Assembly (NCBI GenBank): GCA_963575745.1
Contig: CAUYUJ010000001.1
Coordinates: 2,294,001 to 2,358,000 of the forward strand
DNA: 64,000 bases
Source of the DNA: Prorocentrum cordatum
Taxonomy: Eukaryota
Reading direction: 5' to 3'
Below the pieces are notes generated by a model. The model had not been told where the DNA came from and made no database searches. It saw nothing but the letters and a program-made list of their open reading frames with translations. This document shows, piece by piece, positions 49,308 through 61,435 of the stretch (its first letter is position 1; each line of letters opens with the position of its first letter). The position numbers and the translations under genes were made by a program.

Positions 49308-50184
49308 CCGCGTTGCTTGCCGGTGGCGCCAATTGTGTCCCCCTGGCCTCGGCTTGCGCTCGACGCACTAGGCTGTTCTTCTGTTTCCCGCCCGCCCTCC
49401 CTAGGGCATTTTGCATGGGGATGGGACTGGACACTTGGTGTGTGGCTCTCTGGAGGTACGATTTTGAATTGCACGCTGGCCTTGCGGCCATTTCCTCTTG
49501 AGAACCATCCGTGGATGTCACCACGGCGCTTGCCTTCCTGTTGCCGTCTGAAAAAAAAAAAAGCGAAAGATGGAATCCAGAGTGCTGTCGCATGTTTCCG
49601 CGACCCCATTGGGGGAGGCCCTGCCGTGAGACAGGAATGATTTGTCTCTGACTGGTTTGGAGGTACGATTTTGAATTGCACGCTGGCCTTGCGGCCATTT
49701 CCTCTTGAGAACCATCCGTGGATGTCACCACGGCGCTTGCCTTCCTGTTGCCGTCTGAAAAAAAAAAAAGCGAAAGATGGAATCCAGAGTGCTGTCGCAT
49801 GTTTCCGCGACCCCATTGGGGGAGGCCCTGCCGTGAGACAGGAATGATTTGTCTCTGACTGGTTTTCCTGTGATTGAAGGGCCTCGACAGTTTCCGAGTG
49901 CACGACCGCTCCGCCTGCGCTCTCTGTCTCGCCGGAACCGTTCTGGCTTAAAGCTCCCACCCGCCTCCCCCAGACACCTGGACACTTGGTGCGCGGCTCT
50001 CTGGAGGTACGATTTTGAATTGCACGCTGGCCTTGCGGCCATTTCCTCTTGAGAACCATCCATGGATGTCACCACGGCGATTGCCTTCTTGTTGCCGTCT
50101 GAAAAAAGAGCGAAAGATGGAATCCAGAGTGCTGTCGCATGTTTCCGCGACGCCATTGGGGGAGGCCCTGCCGTAAGACAGGAA

Positions 50185-53100
50185 ATAATGCGTTGTTCAT
50201 TCCTCGGTGCAAATTTTGGTCATTGCTCACTCTTGTTGTTGGCATGGGCTATGCTATTGATGAAGCCTTTGGAGGTCCTCTGAAGAACAAGCGGGCCAAG
50301 ACCCCCACAACAATGACCCGGGGCAACGTTCTGACTCTGCATTGCACCCCTCTGGGCCCTCGGGGTCTCGACCGGGCGGCTCGAATCCCGGAGCTAACGA
50401 AGGCAATGGCAAGTCTAAAACCAATATCGCACATGCAATCGTATCGGTTGTCTCCGACAATGGGGATCTGCATGGGTGAGGCCAGCAACCCAGGACCGCC
50501 GATCACACGAGAGCAAGCCATGGCAAGTTTGAGGAACTTAGGTCTCTTAGGGCTTCCAGCTGGAGGGGTCACTACCGGAACGGGCTCTACAGCGGCATCG
50601 GCAACAGCAGCTTAACCTACAGCGCCACCGACTCCGACCCCAGTTCCAATTACGGTAACTCCCGTTGCGTTGGCTTTCCCTTTGCCCTCCCACGCCCATG
50701 TCGAACCATTATTACCAGGACGAGCCGAATACGATCCCCCACCTATGGTTTCCCGCCAGGCGGCCCGTTCTTGCCCTCCTACTCCGGGCCCACCGCCTCA
50801 AGCTCCTCCGTCAGCAGCCCCGCCCCCGATCCCCCCTCCGATTTCGACGATGTCTCGGGGCGATGCTGTCTTGGCTTTACGATCGCTGCAGATTTTACCA
50901 GAACTTGCAGGACTATCCCCCGCCGCCCAAGCAAGACCTACGGCCGAGCCTGCCCAAGAAGCTGCTCGGGCAGACGACCATGGATCCAGGACCGACTTAC
51001 CAACTTCGGCACCCCTTCAGGTACCAGCGCGACCGACGGCAGCATCCCCAACAACGGCTCGGTTGCCTAACCCGTCCCTGCCCCAACGTATCCCCACTCA
51101 AGCTCCTTTCCTTGCCCCTCCACCCTTACCTGTTCCTCCGGCTTCCGCTGGAGCTCCAGGAGGAGGTCCGGGTGACCCAAGTGTTGGGCAAGCAACTGAA
51201 GGGGAGCCAGGCCTTGGCGACCCAGGCGGAGAACAAGACAGAGGCGAGCTATTGTCTGAAGAACGCCGCGAATCTGATCCACCACCAAGAATGCCTACTC
51301 CGGGAACTCCAATTGGCCCAAGAGCGCTCGATAGCCCACCCCACCCGTCAGGCACACCAAGATCTCTGGGACCCCCGGCTTCAGACTTCGGGGAGGATGG
51401 GGCCCAACTAACCGAGCCATCATATCGCCACGGTGACGACCATTCCAGGCCGGAGGGATATCCGACGCCACCCCAATCCCCAACCACCCACCTCCCTAAT
51501 CCTCCTCTTCACTTCCGGACCCTGCCATCTGTGGGTGTGGTTGATGTGGGAGATTGCGACGACCACGCAGAAGTACCACCAGCGCACGGCACTACGGGGC
51601 GCCACGACGCGTTACATACAGCAGTGGATACGCAATCTGCTATAGATGCTCTTATCCAGCTAGTCCGGAGGATACCGAATGGGGCGAATAATTCTGCGAT
51701 TATCGATCACATTCGGAGTAATCGATGGTCTCGCTTCAACGTCCCTCTGATTTGGGCGGCGGCTGGCACGTCCGACGAGCTTCACCCTTTAATGGATTGG
51801 CTATGCACGCTTATTGCGAACAGTCCTCAACATTGTGGGTTCTTGCCCGACACCGTCACGGCGGAGGCATTACGTGAAGGATTTTGGGACTTACGCATTG
51901 CTTTCCGATCGCTCGGCATCATTAACGACGCGGACCTCCGTACGTGGATGGTAAACAACGGCCGGCTTGCGAACGCAGCGACGGTCGGGTGCTACATCAA
52001 CGCACACGCTCAAGAACAAATTATGGACATGGCAATGCGTGAATACCCCATGGTGCGACGCTTGGAAACGGCCCTTTGCATGGCGACTGTATGCTCATAT
52101 CGGGATCCACCTCTACTCGAATGGCTTCTACAACACCGACCAGCCCCGACACGACGGCCGGCTCTCCGACACCGTGTGCCGGGCGGAAGCGGAGGAGCAC
52201 CAGCACGGTCTAATATGGGACTTGAGGCTGCTCTTGCAACCCAGCATGGTGGCGGCAGCTCGTTCGCAGCAGACCTTGCCAGAGATTTGCGGCATGGCGA
52301 GGCTACTCCGAATGCCAACTTTACGATACCCGCCCACGCCTGGAGATTCCTAGAATCCTTGGATTCGGAAGCGGAACTCCAGAGGCCCACTCGTACGGTG
52401 CAAGAGCCCCCCCGTTGGTTTCGAGGGTCGCTCCGCAAAGCGTTAGGTCTTTCCCTCAGAGAATGGCGGAGGCGGCCGACAGCTGCAACATGGAAGTTGT
52501 TTCTCCTTACCCCTCAGATGCTCCACGGAGCGACCGAGGAAATGGAAGAAAAAGGGAAGGCAATATTTTTCGAACGACTCCGCCAGTTCCAGCGTGGAGG
52601 ATGGGATACGTTGCTTCGACACGCCACGATCCCCACACCTACGCCGCCTTCCGGCCGCTCCCAGCCTGACGTAGCAGCGATGGCGCGAAACGACGAGCAC
52701 AAACTGATGCGAAGATACGACAACGAGAAATCACTCGCGCTCGCATTCTCCTGACTTCCAACGGGCTAGCACCAGGTGATGAATCCACCCTCAATGAGCT
52801 GCGGGATCCTGCCCTTCGACCTTCCGAGTTGACCGAACCTATCCCCGCAGAGATCTTCAGCCACCAGCCCCAGGAACGCATAGCACTTGACCCAGCGCAA
52901 TTACTAACAGCATTGCATTCGGCAGGGCGGGGATCCGCTCCAGATCTCGCTGGAATGCGTTACGAACACCTCCGGGTGCTATTGGAGGAGGAGGACATGT
53001 GGGATCTATTCGCAGTCGTGGCGCAATCCTACGCTGGTGCGGAATTGCCTGACGATATCGCAGCAGCATTGCATCTTGGAAGGCTTACCGCAGTGAAATA

Positions 53101-55270
53101 GGACAGTGGCCGTGTTCGTGGGATCGTGGTCGGATCAATTATACGAAGAGTGGCATGTAAGGCGGTGGCGAAACAGTTCAAATATACATTGGAACATGCA
53201 ACCGCTCCGCACCAATTCGCGTTGCAAACAAAAGCTGGCACGGAAGCCTTGGCCCATCTACTACGATATGCAACCGATTCCGACGACGAAGTGGTAGTTT
53301 TAGCTTCGGACGGGGTTTGGGCCTTCGACCGCGTCAAACGCGCGGCCTTCCTACAAGCTACGGGGCGACGCGAATCTGAAATCATTATTGCCTCTGGCCA
53401 GGATGCTGTACAGTTCGCAGTATCGATTTCTCTGGACCGATGCGCACGGAACCGCCCACACCATCGTGCAAGGGGAGGGCGGAGAACAAGGATGCCCATT
53501 TATGCCAGCGATGCGCGCGCTGGCTCAGCACGAAGCTTTGGTGGCCGTAGACCGGCGCATCGTCAGCTTTTTTGATGACCTCTACATTATCACGAGCAGG
53601 GCACGAGCGGCAACAGCGTTCCGCGAGTTGGCCACAGAAATCGAACGGCAAGCAGGGGTACGCTCGCTTTTGGGCAAACTGCGAGCCTGGAGCCGGGGTG
53701 GCGGATTGGCCCCGCCAGACCTCGCGGCCCTCGGCCCCAACGCGTGGACATCTGACAAACCACCGGAAGAAAACGGCATAGTGGTATTGGAAATCCCGCT
53801 GGAGTCAGATGCATTCGTGGCCGCGCATGCGCAAGAGAGAATGACAAGAGAGCAGCGCTTGCTCAACGAAATTGCATTGCTCGAAAATGTTCAGTGCGCA
53901 TGGGTGATGCTATTGTGGTCGGCGGTCCCGAAGGCGAATCATACGATGCGAATTCTACCGCCAATCTTGTCCCATGTGTACGCGGTGGCCCACGACGCAG
54001 CTATTTGGGACACATTCTGCAACATTTTAGGGGCACAGCAGCTACGAAGCGACAACATGGGATATTATATTGCTACTCTGCCTGCTCGCTTGGGTGGTTT
54101 GGGTTTACGGTCCGCTGAACGAAATGCTCCAGGGGCCTTCTGGGCTTCATGGGTCAATGCGCTGCCCGTTCTTCAACAGAAGGCGCCTAGGGAAGCGATG
54201 CACATTCTAGCAGACCTTAACCGCGAAGCCGGGCCTCAAACGAGATGCCTCCAAATGGTGGCAGAATGCAAATCACAATTGGAAAATGCTGGCAAAGTGG
54301 GCCTTCCGACATGGGATGCTGCGACTGCTGGGGTGGAGCCGCCACAACCGAATTACGACGGGGTTACTGCGGAGTTCGACTACGGATGGCAATCGCACGT
54401 CTGTTCCTATTCAGAAAACCACCATTTGGAACATCACGTGCTACCTGCCAGCGATGCCGCTCGCCGTGCTATGCTGTCATCACAATCCGGAGGGGCTGCC
54501 GGCGCCTGGCTCCGAGCTATCCCCTCAGACCCGGCGTGCACAATGGACATCGTGCACTTCCAAGTGGCGGTGCGTCGACGGTTACGGTGGCCCCTACCCT
54601 TGTCAGGAGGAAAATGCTGTCGGACATGCCAGTGCCGGTTGGACCCTCTAGGGGATCATGCAGCTTCCTGCCCGCGCTCAGGCCGTTTGAAACGACGCAG
54701 TACTCCTATCGAGCGCATGTGGGTGCGAATCATGCGGGAAACGGGGGCACGGGTGCGTGAAAGGGTTTACCTACGGGACACGGCGGCACTACAAATAGAT
54801 CCGGAGGACGGCCGGCACATCGAAGGGCGCCCCACTTGCAATCGATGCGACCATGGTCTCCCCACTGCATGCGGACTGTACTCCATGGGACTACGCAGAT
54901 TCAACGCCGGGGGTCGCTCTGGCCCGGGCGGGCCGGACCAAAAAGACCACTTACCCGGAGCTCGTTGACAATCCAGTGCTACTTTTGGTAATCGCGGCGA
55001 TGGAGACCGGTGGCAGGCTGCGCACCTCGGCGTCGGACGTGCTGGAGAAAGCTGGTTTCGCTCGAGCTCGTTCTGAACCGCGCCCCCTTCGGAAGTCGGC
55101 CGCTCGGGCGCGGCGGACCCGCTGGGTGACAATGATTTCTGCGGCGGGCCAAATTGCCTTGGCATCGACCTTGGTGGGCCACGGGGTGGGCCAGCTTGAC
55201 GCTCCGGACGGCAGTTAGCCCCTACCCGTCGATATCTGGCTCGACGGGCCGTCGGGGCAAGCTGGGTGAG
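50185..55270 (+). mobile_element. CRE-like non-LTR retrotransposon (single ORF: RT, CCHC, restriction-like endonuclease), inactivated
   Basis: SAPDLAGMRYEHL, RGIVVG..RR, QFALQTKAGTE, GEQGCP, FFDD, LPARLGGLGL, AWLRAIP, C..LDPLGDHAASC, KKTTYPEL..METGGR; stops and frameshifts; 5' end probably continues at 42973-43016. Confidence 0.88.
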
Positions 55271-55419
55271 TGAGGGTGCCCCTCCCCCCTCCCCCCTCCT
55301 CCTCCTCCTCCTCCTCCGTCTCCTTCGCTGCTTGCCCGCGCTCTGGTGGCTTCGCTAGGCAGGTGTTTCACCCTGTTCTGGTTTCCAAGATGGCGCTTTG
55401 AAATGGGCGTGCGCTGCGG

Positions 55420-55995
55420 GAAAAAATCGTTGTTTCTGAAACGACAGCGATTTTCCTGAAACATCTCTCGCTTTTTCTGAAACGGCAAACGTTTTTTTTC
55501 TGAAACGGTTGTTGCCTTTTGTGAAACGGCATTTTTCTGAAACTGCTGCGTGTTTTTTTCTGAAACGGCGGTCGCCCGCCCAAGGTCGGGCTTGGATCGG
55601 GGGGCCCGGGCGGCCAATCACGGGTGGGGCATTTTTTCCAACCGCGCGCATTTTTTCCTGAATCCTCGCACGTGTTTTTCTGAAACGACGCGTTTTTTCT
55701 CCTCTTGAAATTGCTAGGCTTTTTTCCTAATGCAACATCATTATCTTCTCTTCCGCCTCCTCCTTCCGCCTTCCCAGCGCGCACTTGGCGCGTCCAGGCC
55801 ACTTGGGCGCGCATTTGGCGTGCAATCGTATGTTCATAATGTTCCTCCTTCTTCTTCCTTCCGTCCGCTCGGCGCGCATTTGGCGCGCCCAGGCCAGGTT
55901 GCCGCGCATTTGGCACATTTGGTCTGTCGCTCTAGTTTTCCTGGCCCCGCACTTTTGGCATATGGCTGCTTCGTCGGTTTTTTTTCTGAAGCTGT
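55420..55995. repeat. Short-motif repeat region: TTTTTCTGAAACG and GCGCATTTGGCGC motifs
   Basis: Direct reading, about 8 and 6 copies respectively. Confidence 0.75.
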
Positions 55996-56039
55996 TGTGT
56001 GTGTGTGTGGGTGTGTGTGTGCGTGTGTGTCTTATGTTC

Positions 56040-56115
<76 letters not shown>

Positions 56116-56116
56116 G

Positions 56117-56182
<66 letters not shown>

Positions 56183-56183
56183 G

Positions 56184-56236
<53 letters not shown>

Positions 56237-56256
56237 GCTACTACTATTACGACTAC
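56040..56256. repeat. (CTA)n microsatellite, about 72 units
   Basis: Direct reading. Confidence 0.98.
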
Positions 56257-58776
56257 GGACCCCGCGCCTGCAGCTGAAACAAGCCGGGTCGCGTCGGCCG
56301 CCGACCCCGAGGGCGCGCCCGGCCCGAACGGCGGTTCCAACCCTGGAGGAGGCCAGAGAACGGCGCGCCCCGGAAACGCTGAGAACCCCGCCGCGGACTT
56401 GGGAGGGAACTGATCGGGCCAGTGATCAGTCGACGAATCGGCGACGCCCGTGGTGGCGCAGGCTGACCCCGTTGCGCCCGCCTCGCTTCGCGGCGGGTCC
56501 CACAGAGCCAAAGGAAGGACGGCGCCGCTCGCAGGCGGCCCCCCCGGAGGCGGGGGCAGGGTGCGCAGCGGCGGGGGTGGGCGGCCAAACCGGCCGAAGG
56601 GGGGCGGCGGGCCTTGCCGCGACGAACGACAATCGCGCTGGAGGAGCGAACTTCCCCACGCGGCGGCGCGCCCTCGCCGGGAAAACGTATTCCCACCGTC
56701 GCGACCGCGCTCGGCCCGGGCTCGCCTGGCAACGGCGGAGCTGGCACTGGCGGCCGAAGGTCGAGGCAAGGTGCCTCGCGCGCCGCCCGCAATGGGGTCG
56801 GGCGGCGCCGTCGAGGCGGCTTCGCGCTCACCTGAGTCGCAGTCCTCGCGGCGCAACGATGCCAGCAAGGACATATAGGTGGGCCCCCGCTCGGCCGGAG
56901 CGATTGCGAGAGGTCGCGAGAACTCGAGTGGGCGACGCCGCTCGCGGGCGGCTCATCTGGAGGCGGGGGCGGGGTCCACGTGAGCGGGGGCAGGGCGTGC
57001 CCCGACAGCGTGGCCCACCGCTGGCTCCTGCTGCCAAGCGCGGGAACCAACCGCGGCGACAGTCGCGCGCGGATGATATGCCAGCGGCATGGCCGAAGGC
57101 GGCACGCGTTCACCAACCTCCAACGCAGCGGGACCTTGAGGAGGTCCCACCTGCCTTACGACTGGAGAAGGCAACGCGCAGGCGGAATCGAAAGGCAACA
57201 ACCCGCCAAACGCGCGCGCCCGGATCGCGCAGGTGTCAGCGCGCAAGCCCGCGTCAGCAGACGGGCGCTGGGAGGTCTGGTCCTGATGTGGGACACCTCT
57301 CCAGGCAGTAGCGCTGGGCCACTGTGGAAGAACGAGGTTGGGAGAAGGAGCGAAGGACGAATCAGTTGAGTCCTCCTGCCCCTCCCAACTTTGGGAAATC
57401 TCGTTCCGGGTCCTCGAGTTCCATCAGCGGTGCCTGCGGGTTGTCTGCGAACGCTGCCGGCTGCAACGTCTCCGCAAGTCGCGCCGTCCATGTTGCCGCG
57501 CTCTGATGCCGCGACCTGTTTGCGAGCGCGTGGCTGCGTCTTCTCCGTGCGCCGTTTTTCCAGCATTGCACCATTCAGAAACCTCGGCCAGCACTCCGCC
57601 ACTGTGCTCGGCGTAGCGCCTCGGCGTGTGAGTTCCTCGCCTTCCTCCTTGTCCTCCAATGAAAGCTTCCAGCTCCGCCGTCCCGAGAGAGAGCGGGGGA
57701 GAGGGCGGGAGAAAAACGAAAAAAGGGCGGCCCCCCCGGGTCAAAAACAACCGTCCGCCAGGGGGGGCAGCCGATCCCACCGCAGGCTCAAGACGGGCAG
57801 GGTGGAGCGACTCCCGCCCGAACCTGAGCCCGCGTGGGTCTTCGAAAGTTACGGCCGCCGCGAACGTGTCCAGGAAGACTTGCGCGTCGCGGGCTGGATC
57901 GCACCCCCCTGGTGTGCGGGCCGCGCCGGCCGCGAACGAGCGGAGGGGTCGCGCGCCGACGCGCTACGGCCGAAATAATCGCAGAGACTGCGCGGTGGGA
58001 GTCGCAGAGAGCAAGAGGAGCATGTTCGAGGTTTCTTTTGGGCCGGGGCTCGTTTGATTTTCGATTTTTTTTTTGGGGGGGGGGCGAGGGGGGGGAAGGG
58101 GGCGAGATAGAATGCAAGAGGAAAGCAGGGGAGAGGGGAAGAGGGAAAAAAACAACTGGAACAAAAGGCAGGGAGGGGGGATAATGAGGACCGAGGAAGG
58201 ATGGAAAAAGGATAGAAAGAGGGAGGAGGGAACGAGGACACAACGGGATATGAAAACTTGTAAGGATTTGATTTATATGGACTACAGCATGACAACAGTT
58301 GCGGGGAGATGTTGACGGGAAGGCTCAGTTCGCAAAGGGAGCCCAAGTGGTGGCATGAACGGGAGCACGAAGCAATGATGCATAAGAGAACGCTGAAACC
58401 GTCACCGAACGGGTCGAATAATTTGGCAATCAGACGGGGCAGATCGGTAGCTGCTCCTTCTCCTCCTCCTCCTCCTCCTCTTCCTCCTCCTCCTTCTCCT
58501 CTTACTGAACACTTTGATGCCCAATCTTCCTCGGGCAATCCATTGTCGGGGACCCCGGGCTCCTCACCCGCGACCCCCCGTGTCCTCCTTTTCCTCCTCC
58601 TCTTCCTCCTCCTCTTCCTGCTCCTGCTCCTGCTTTTGTTCCTGCTTTTCCTCATCCTTTTCCATTTCTTCCCCTCCTCTTATTTATTTTGCATCTGTCA
58701 GGCGTTGTTGCCGCCGCGTTTGTCGGCTGGCGGGCCAATAGCTGGGGGTTCTCAAAAGTTAAGCATTTCGGATGAG

Positions 58777-58824
<48 letters not shown>

Positions 58825-58972
58825 CTAGGACCGTAGGTAAAACATTGAAAAAGAAAAAAAAAAATATTCATGAGGACGAGAGGAGAAATCACCTGCCATG
58901 AATACTCGTGCAAGAGAGCGGGAAGCAACATGACGCGGGCAGAACTTTCGTTGCCGTGCAGGTCGTCGCCAA

Positions 58973-59072
58973 NNNNNNNNNNNNNNNNNNNNNNNNNNNN
59001 NNNNNNNNNNNNNNNNNNNNNNNNNNNNNNNNNNNNNNNNNNNNNNNNNNNNNNNNNNNNNNNNNNNNNNNN
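58973..59072. other. Assembly gap (100 N, true size unknown)
   Basis: Run of exactly 100 N. Confidence 0.99.
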
Positions 59073-61140
59073 TTTGAGGACCGTAATCTAGGAAACTGCC
59101 ATCGCATTCCGGATTACTCTCGGAACCTTTGCTTTAGGTAGCCGTTGTGCCATGTTGCATAACGCTTCCAGTGCCACATCGTCGCCCAAAGTAACTTTAT
59201 AGTACTCGTACCTGGCCCCCAAGATGCCAGCGCTGAAGCCCCTCCTGCACTGCCGCAGTAATGTAGCAAAATTGTTGCGGTTCAACACAATCGGCACATC
59301 TGGCACAAAATTCAATGCATCTTCTGGCAGTGGTTCGGCTGGGTCAAATGGGCGGAGGCGTGTGTCTGACAACTCATCCAAGGTAGTTTGGGTCCCTGGG
59401 GCAAGTCCTGGAGAGCTAAGGTACTTAGCAGCATGGCTGAGTTCACCTGCTTCTACCAATTTCGTTGCCGCATCCATTCTTGTTGTCTCAGTGGTTGTTC
59501 CTGTCATTCGTGGCCTGGCAGGTTGGCGCCGCATGGATTCGATTAATTTGTCCCATCGTCCTTCGTCGAACCACGCAATCCGCCTCTTAAGTTCGCGTTC
59601 GCCAGCTTTGCCCCCATGCGAAGTATGGTGGAGGAGAAGGCGTGGTAGGAGTAAGAAGAATGTCCAAACTTGAGTGCACGGTGCCTCCACCCCTCCCTGC
59701 CTGTCCCATGCGACGTGTGCCGATTCCACAGTAGCCGAACATTGGGTAAGAATACGAACGAAGTGGTTCCGTATACAGTGCGGCACCCTTTTGATCGTCG
59801 GTATATCTCCCGTAAGGGTCGTTGCCACATGTATGGTATCCAAATGCACCCATCCGTTCGGGAGCCGTGCGATTGGTGACCCATATGAACCCCACATCGG
59901 CCCTGGAGGTGCTCGTGATTGCGTCACGTTGGCTTCCGCGGCTGCTGGTTACGGAGGGGGTGGGTGCCCTTCCGGTCGCATGCTGATGCGTTGGTGGGGT
60001 GTTCATAAGCTAAGAAGTAGCGGGCCGGGGGGGTTGTCATACAGCCCCATGGCCACTGCGACGAAAGCGGTTTCGAAGACCAGTGAGCGAGGAAATGCGT
60101 TTGATGCTTGTTGCAGAATGTATTCCTGAGCAGTCCGTCCCATGTAGCGGCCGATGCTGTAATTCTGCGCTGGCACGCTGACTGATTCAAGCCATTGCAA
60201 AACGTCGTTTTGCGAGCGTACTCCCCACGTCGTAAACGCATACCGTAAATCGTGATAACCTTGTCGTAATAAAGCAGACGATACTTGCTCGTCCGCTAGC
60301 GTGTATGCCGTGCCAAAGGTGTCCAGAAATGTTGCAATCCACTCGAGAAGAGGATGGGTGGCTTGTTGGGCTGCCGCTGCCCAGATAATGGGTTCGATGA
60401 GGTTCGACCACCGTTGGCCCAGGAGGACTCTCTGCACGTCGTCGCGGTCTGCAGTAACAGGGCACCTGTCTAATAACCCTAACACAAATACAATTGCAAC
60501 TCGTATGTTTGGCACTGGCAAGAGAAATCTAAGGTCCACAGGATCTTGTCCTGGCTCAGAAAACCAATTCAGACCCGCCGTTGTGGTTGGATGTCGTTGT
60601 TCTGTTGGAGCCGGTGGTCAACCGGTGGCGGTGGTTCGTATTCCCTCCTCCCCGGGGAACGTGGTTCGTCGTCTTCCAAATCGCTCATGCCACCGGTTCC
60701 GTCCACGTGCATGCTTGAAGGGTCGTCGTCGGAGTTGGGTCGGGCAATAGTCTGAGGATCGGGGCGCGGTCCTAAGCTGGATGGGGCATGCGTCGGAGTC
60801 GTTGGCATTTGCGGTCGTGGGCCGAGGTCCAAAACATTCAGAGCTCTGTCGATTTGGGATCCCCTTGGAACCTCGTGGGTTCCGGCGTTCTGCCCTTCCG
60901 CGCAAACCAATGGAAGTGTGCGTAATCTAACGGTGAGAATGCGCCGGAACCAAGCCACCTGCAGCTCGCCAGAACCAGTGTCATCCGCCGCTCGAATTCT
61001 GCAAAACAAGCGCTTCGCTCGAGACATCCTCGAAATTCCAGGACGCAGAGGAAGCCTTCGAGACGCCCCAACAAGCCCCACCTCCCAAAACCGAGGGGCA
61101 AATCTGGCCCTTCAGATAAGTCGAGGAGAATCGGAAGAGG
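59073..61140 (-). mobile_element. 5' half of a second CRE-like retrotransposon, cut by the gap
   Basis: WTFFLLLPRLLLH, GELSHAAKYLSSPGLAPGTQTTLDEL, SAGILGARYEY parallel the + strand element (WKLFLLTPQMLH, GLAPGDESTLNEL, SAPDLAGMRYEH). Confidence 0.85.
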
Positions 61141-61147
61141 TTATTTC

Positions 61148-61181
<34 letters not shown>

Positions 61182-61254
61182 TAAAAAAAAAAAAAAAAAA
61201 GGGGGGGAGGGGAACATGTAACGCTCCGCGCCGCGCGAGCAGCCTGGGCTGGGG

Positions 61255-61435
61255 CGGCCGCGCGGCCTCCTGGGAACTCCTGGGAAGCTGCTGGGCACTC
61301 CTGGGAACCTCTTGGGGGCTCTTGGACTGTTTTCTCCCTTGGAGTCTCTCGGAGGGCCTCCGGCGGAGCTCTCGGGCGTTTCGGGGGGGCTCTTGGAAAA
61401 GCGGGGGTCTTTTGAACATTTTTGGGCCTCCCCGA
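61255..61435. repeat. CTCCTGGGAA/CTCTTGG-rich low-complexity repeat
   Basis: Direct reading. Confidence 0.65.

Larger units (their letters stand above)
43017..50182 (+). mobile_element. Tyrosine-recombinase retrotransposon (PAT/Ngaro/DIRS group) with split direct repeats, carrying a C5 DNA methyltransferase
   Basis: A1 43017-43130, B1 49427-49635, A2 49843-49956, B2 49978-50182; gag-like, RT-RNase H-MTase and YR coding remnants between A1 and B1. Confidence 0.92.

Noticed and set aside
55730..57311. Poly-Thr/Leu/Tyr/Val proteins
   Set aside because: Translations of the (CTA)n microsatellite
56260..58050. - strand LINE ORF1-like relic with a decayed zinc finger
   Set aside because: Too degenerate; no motif can be read with confidence
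58777..58972. 3' end of the - strand CRE-like element left of the gap
   Set aside because: Gap size unknown and no diagnostic motif links this stretch to the element
61150..61200. T30-G-T-A18 hairpin as a terminator
   Set aside because: Abutting homopolymer tails next to a retroelement end; run lengths unreliable and intrinsic terminators are not expected here
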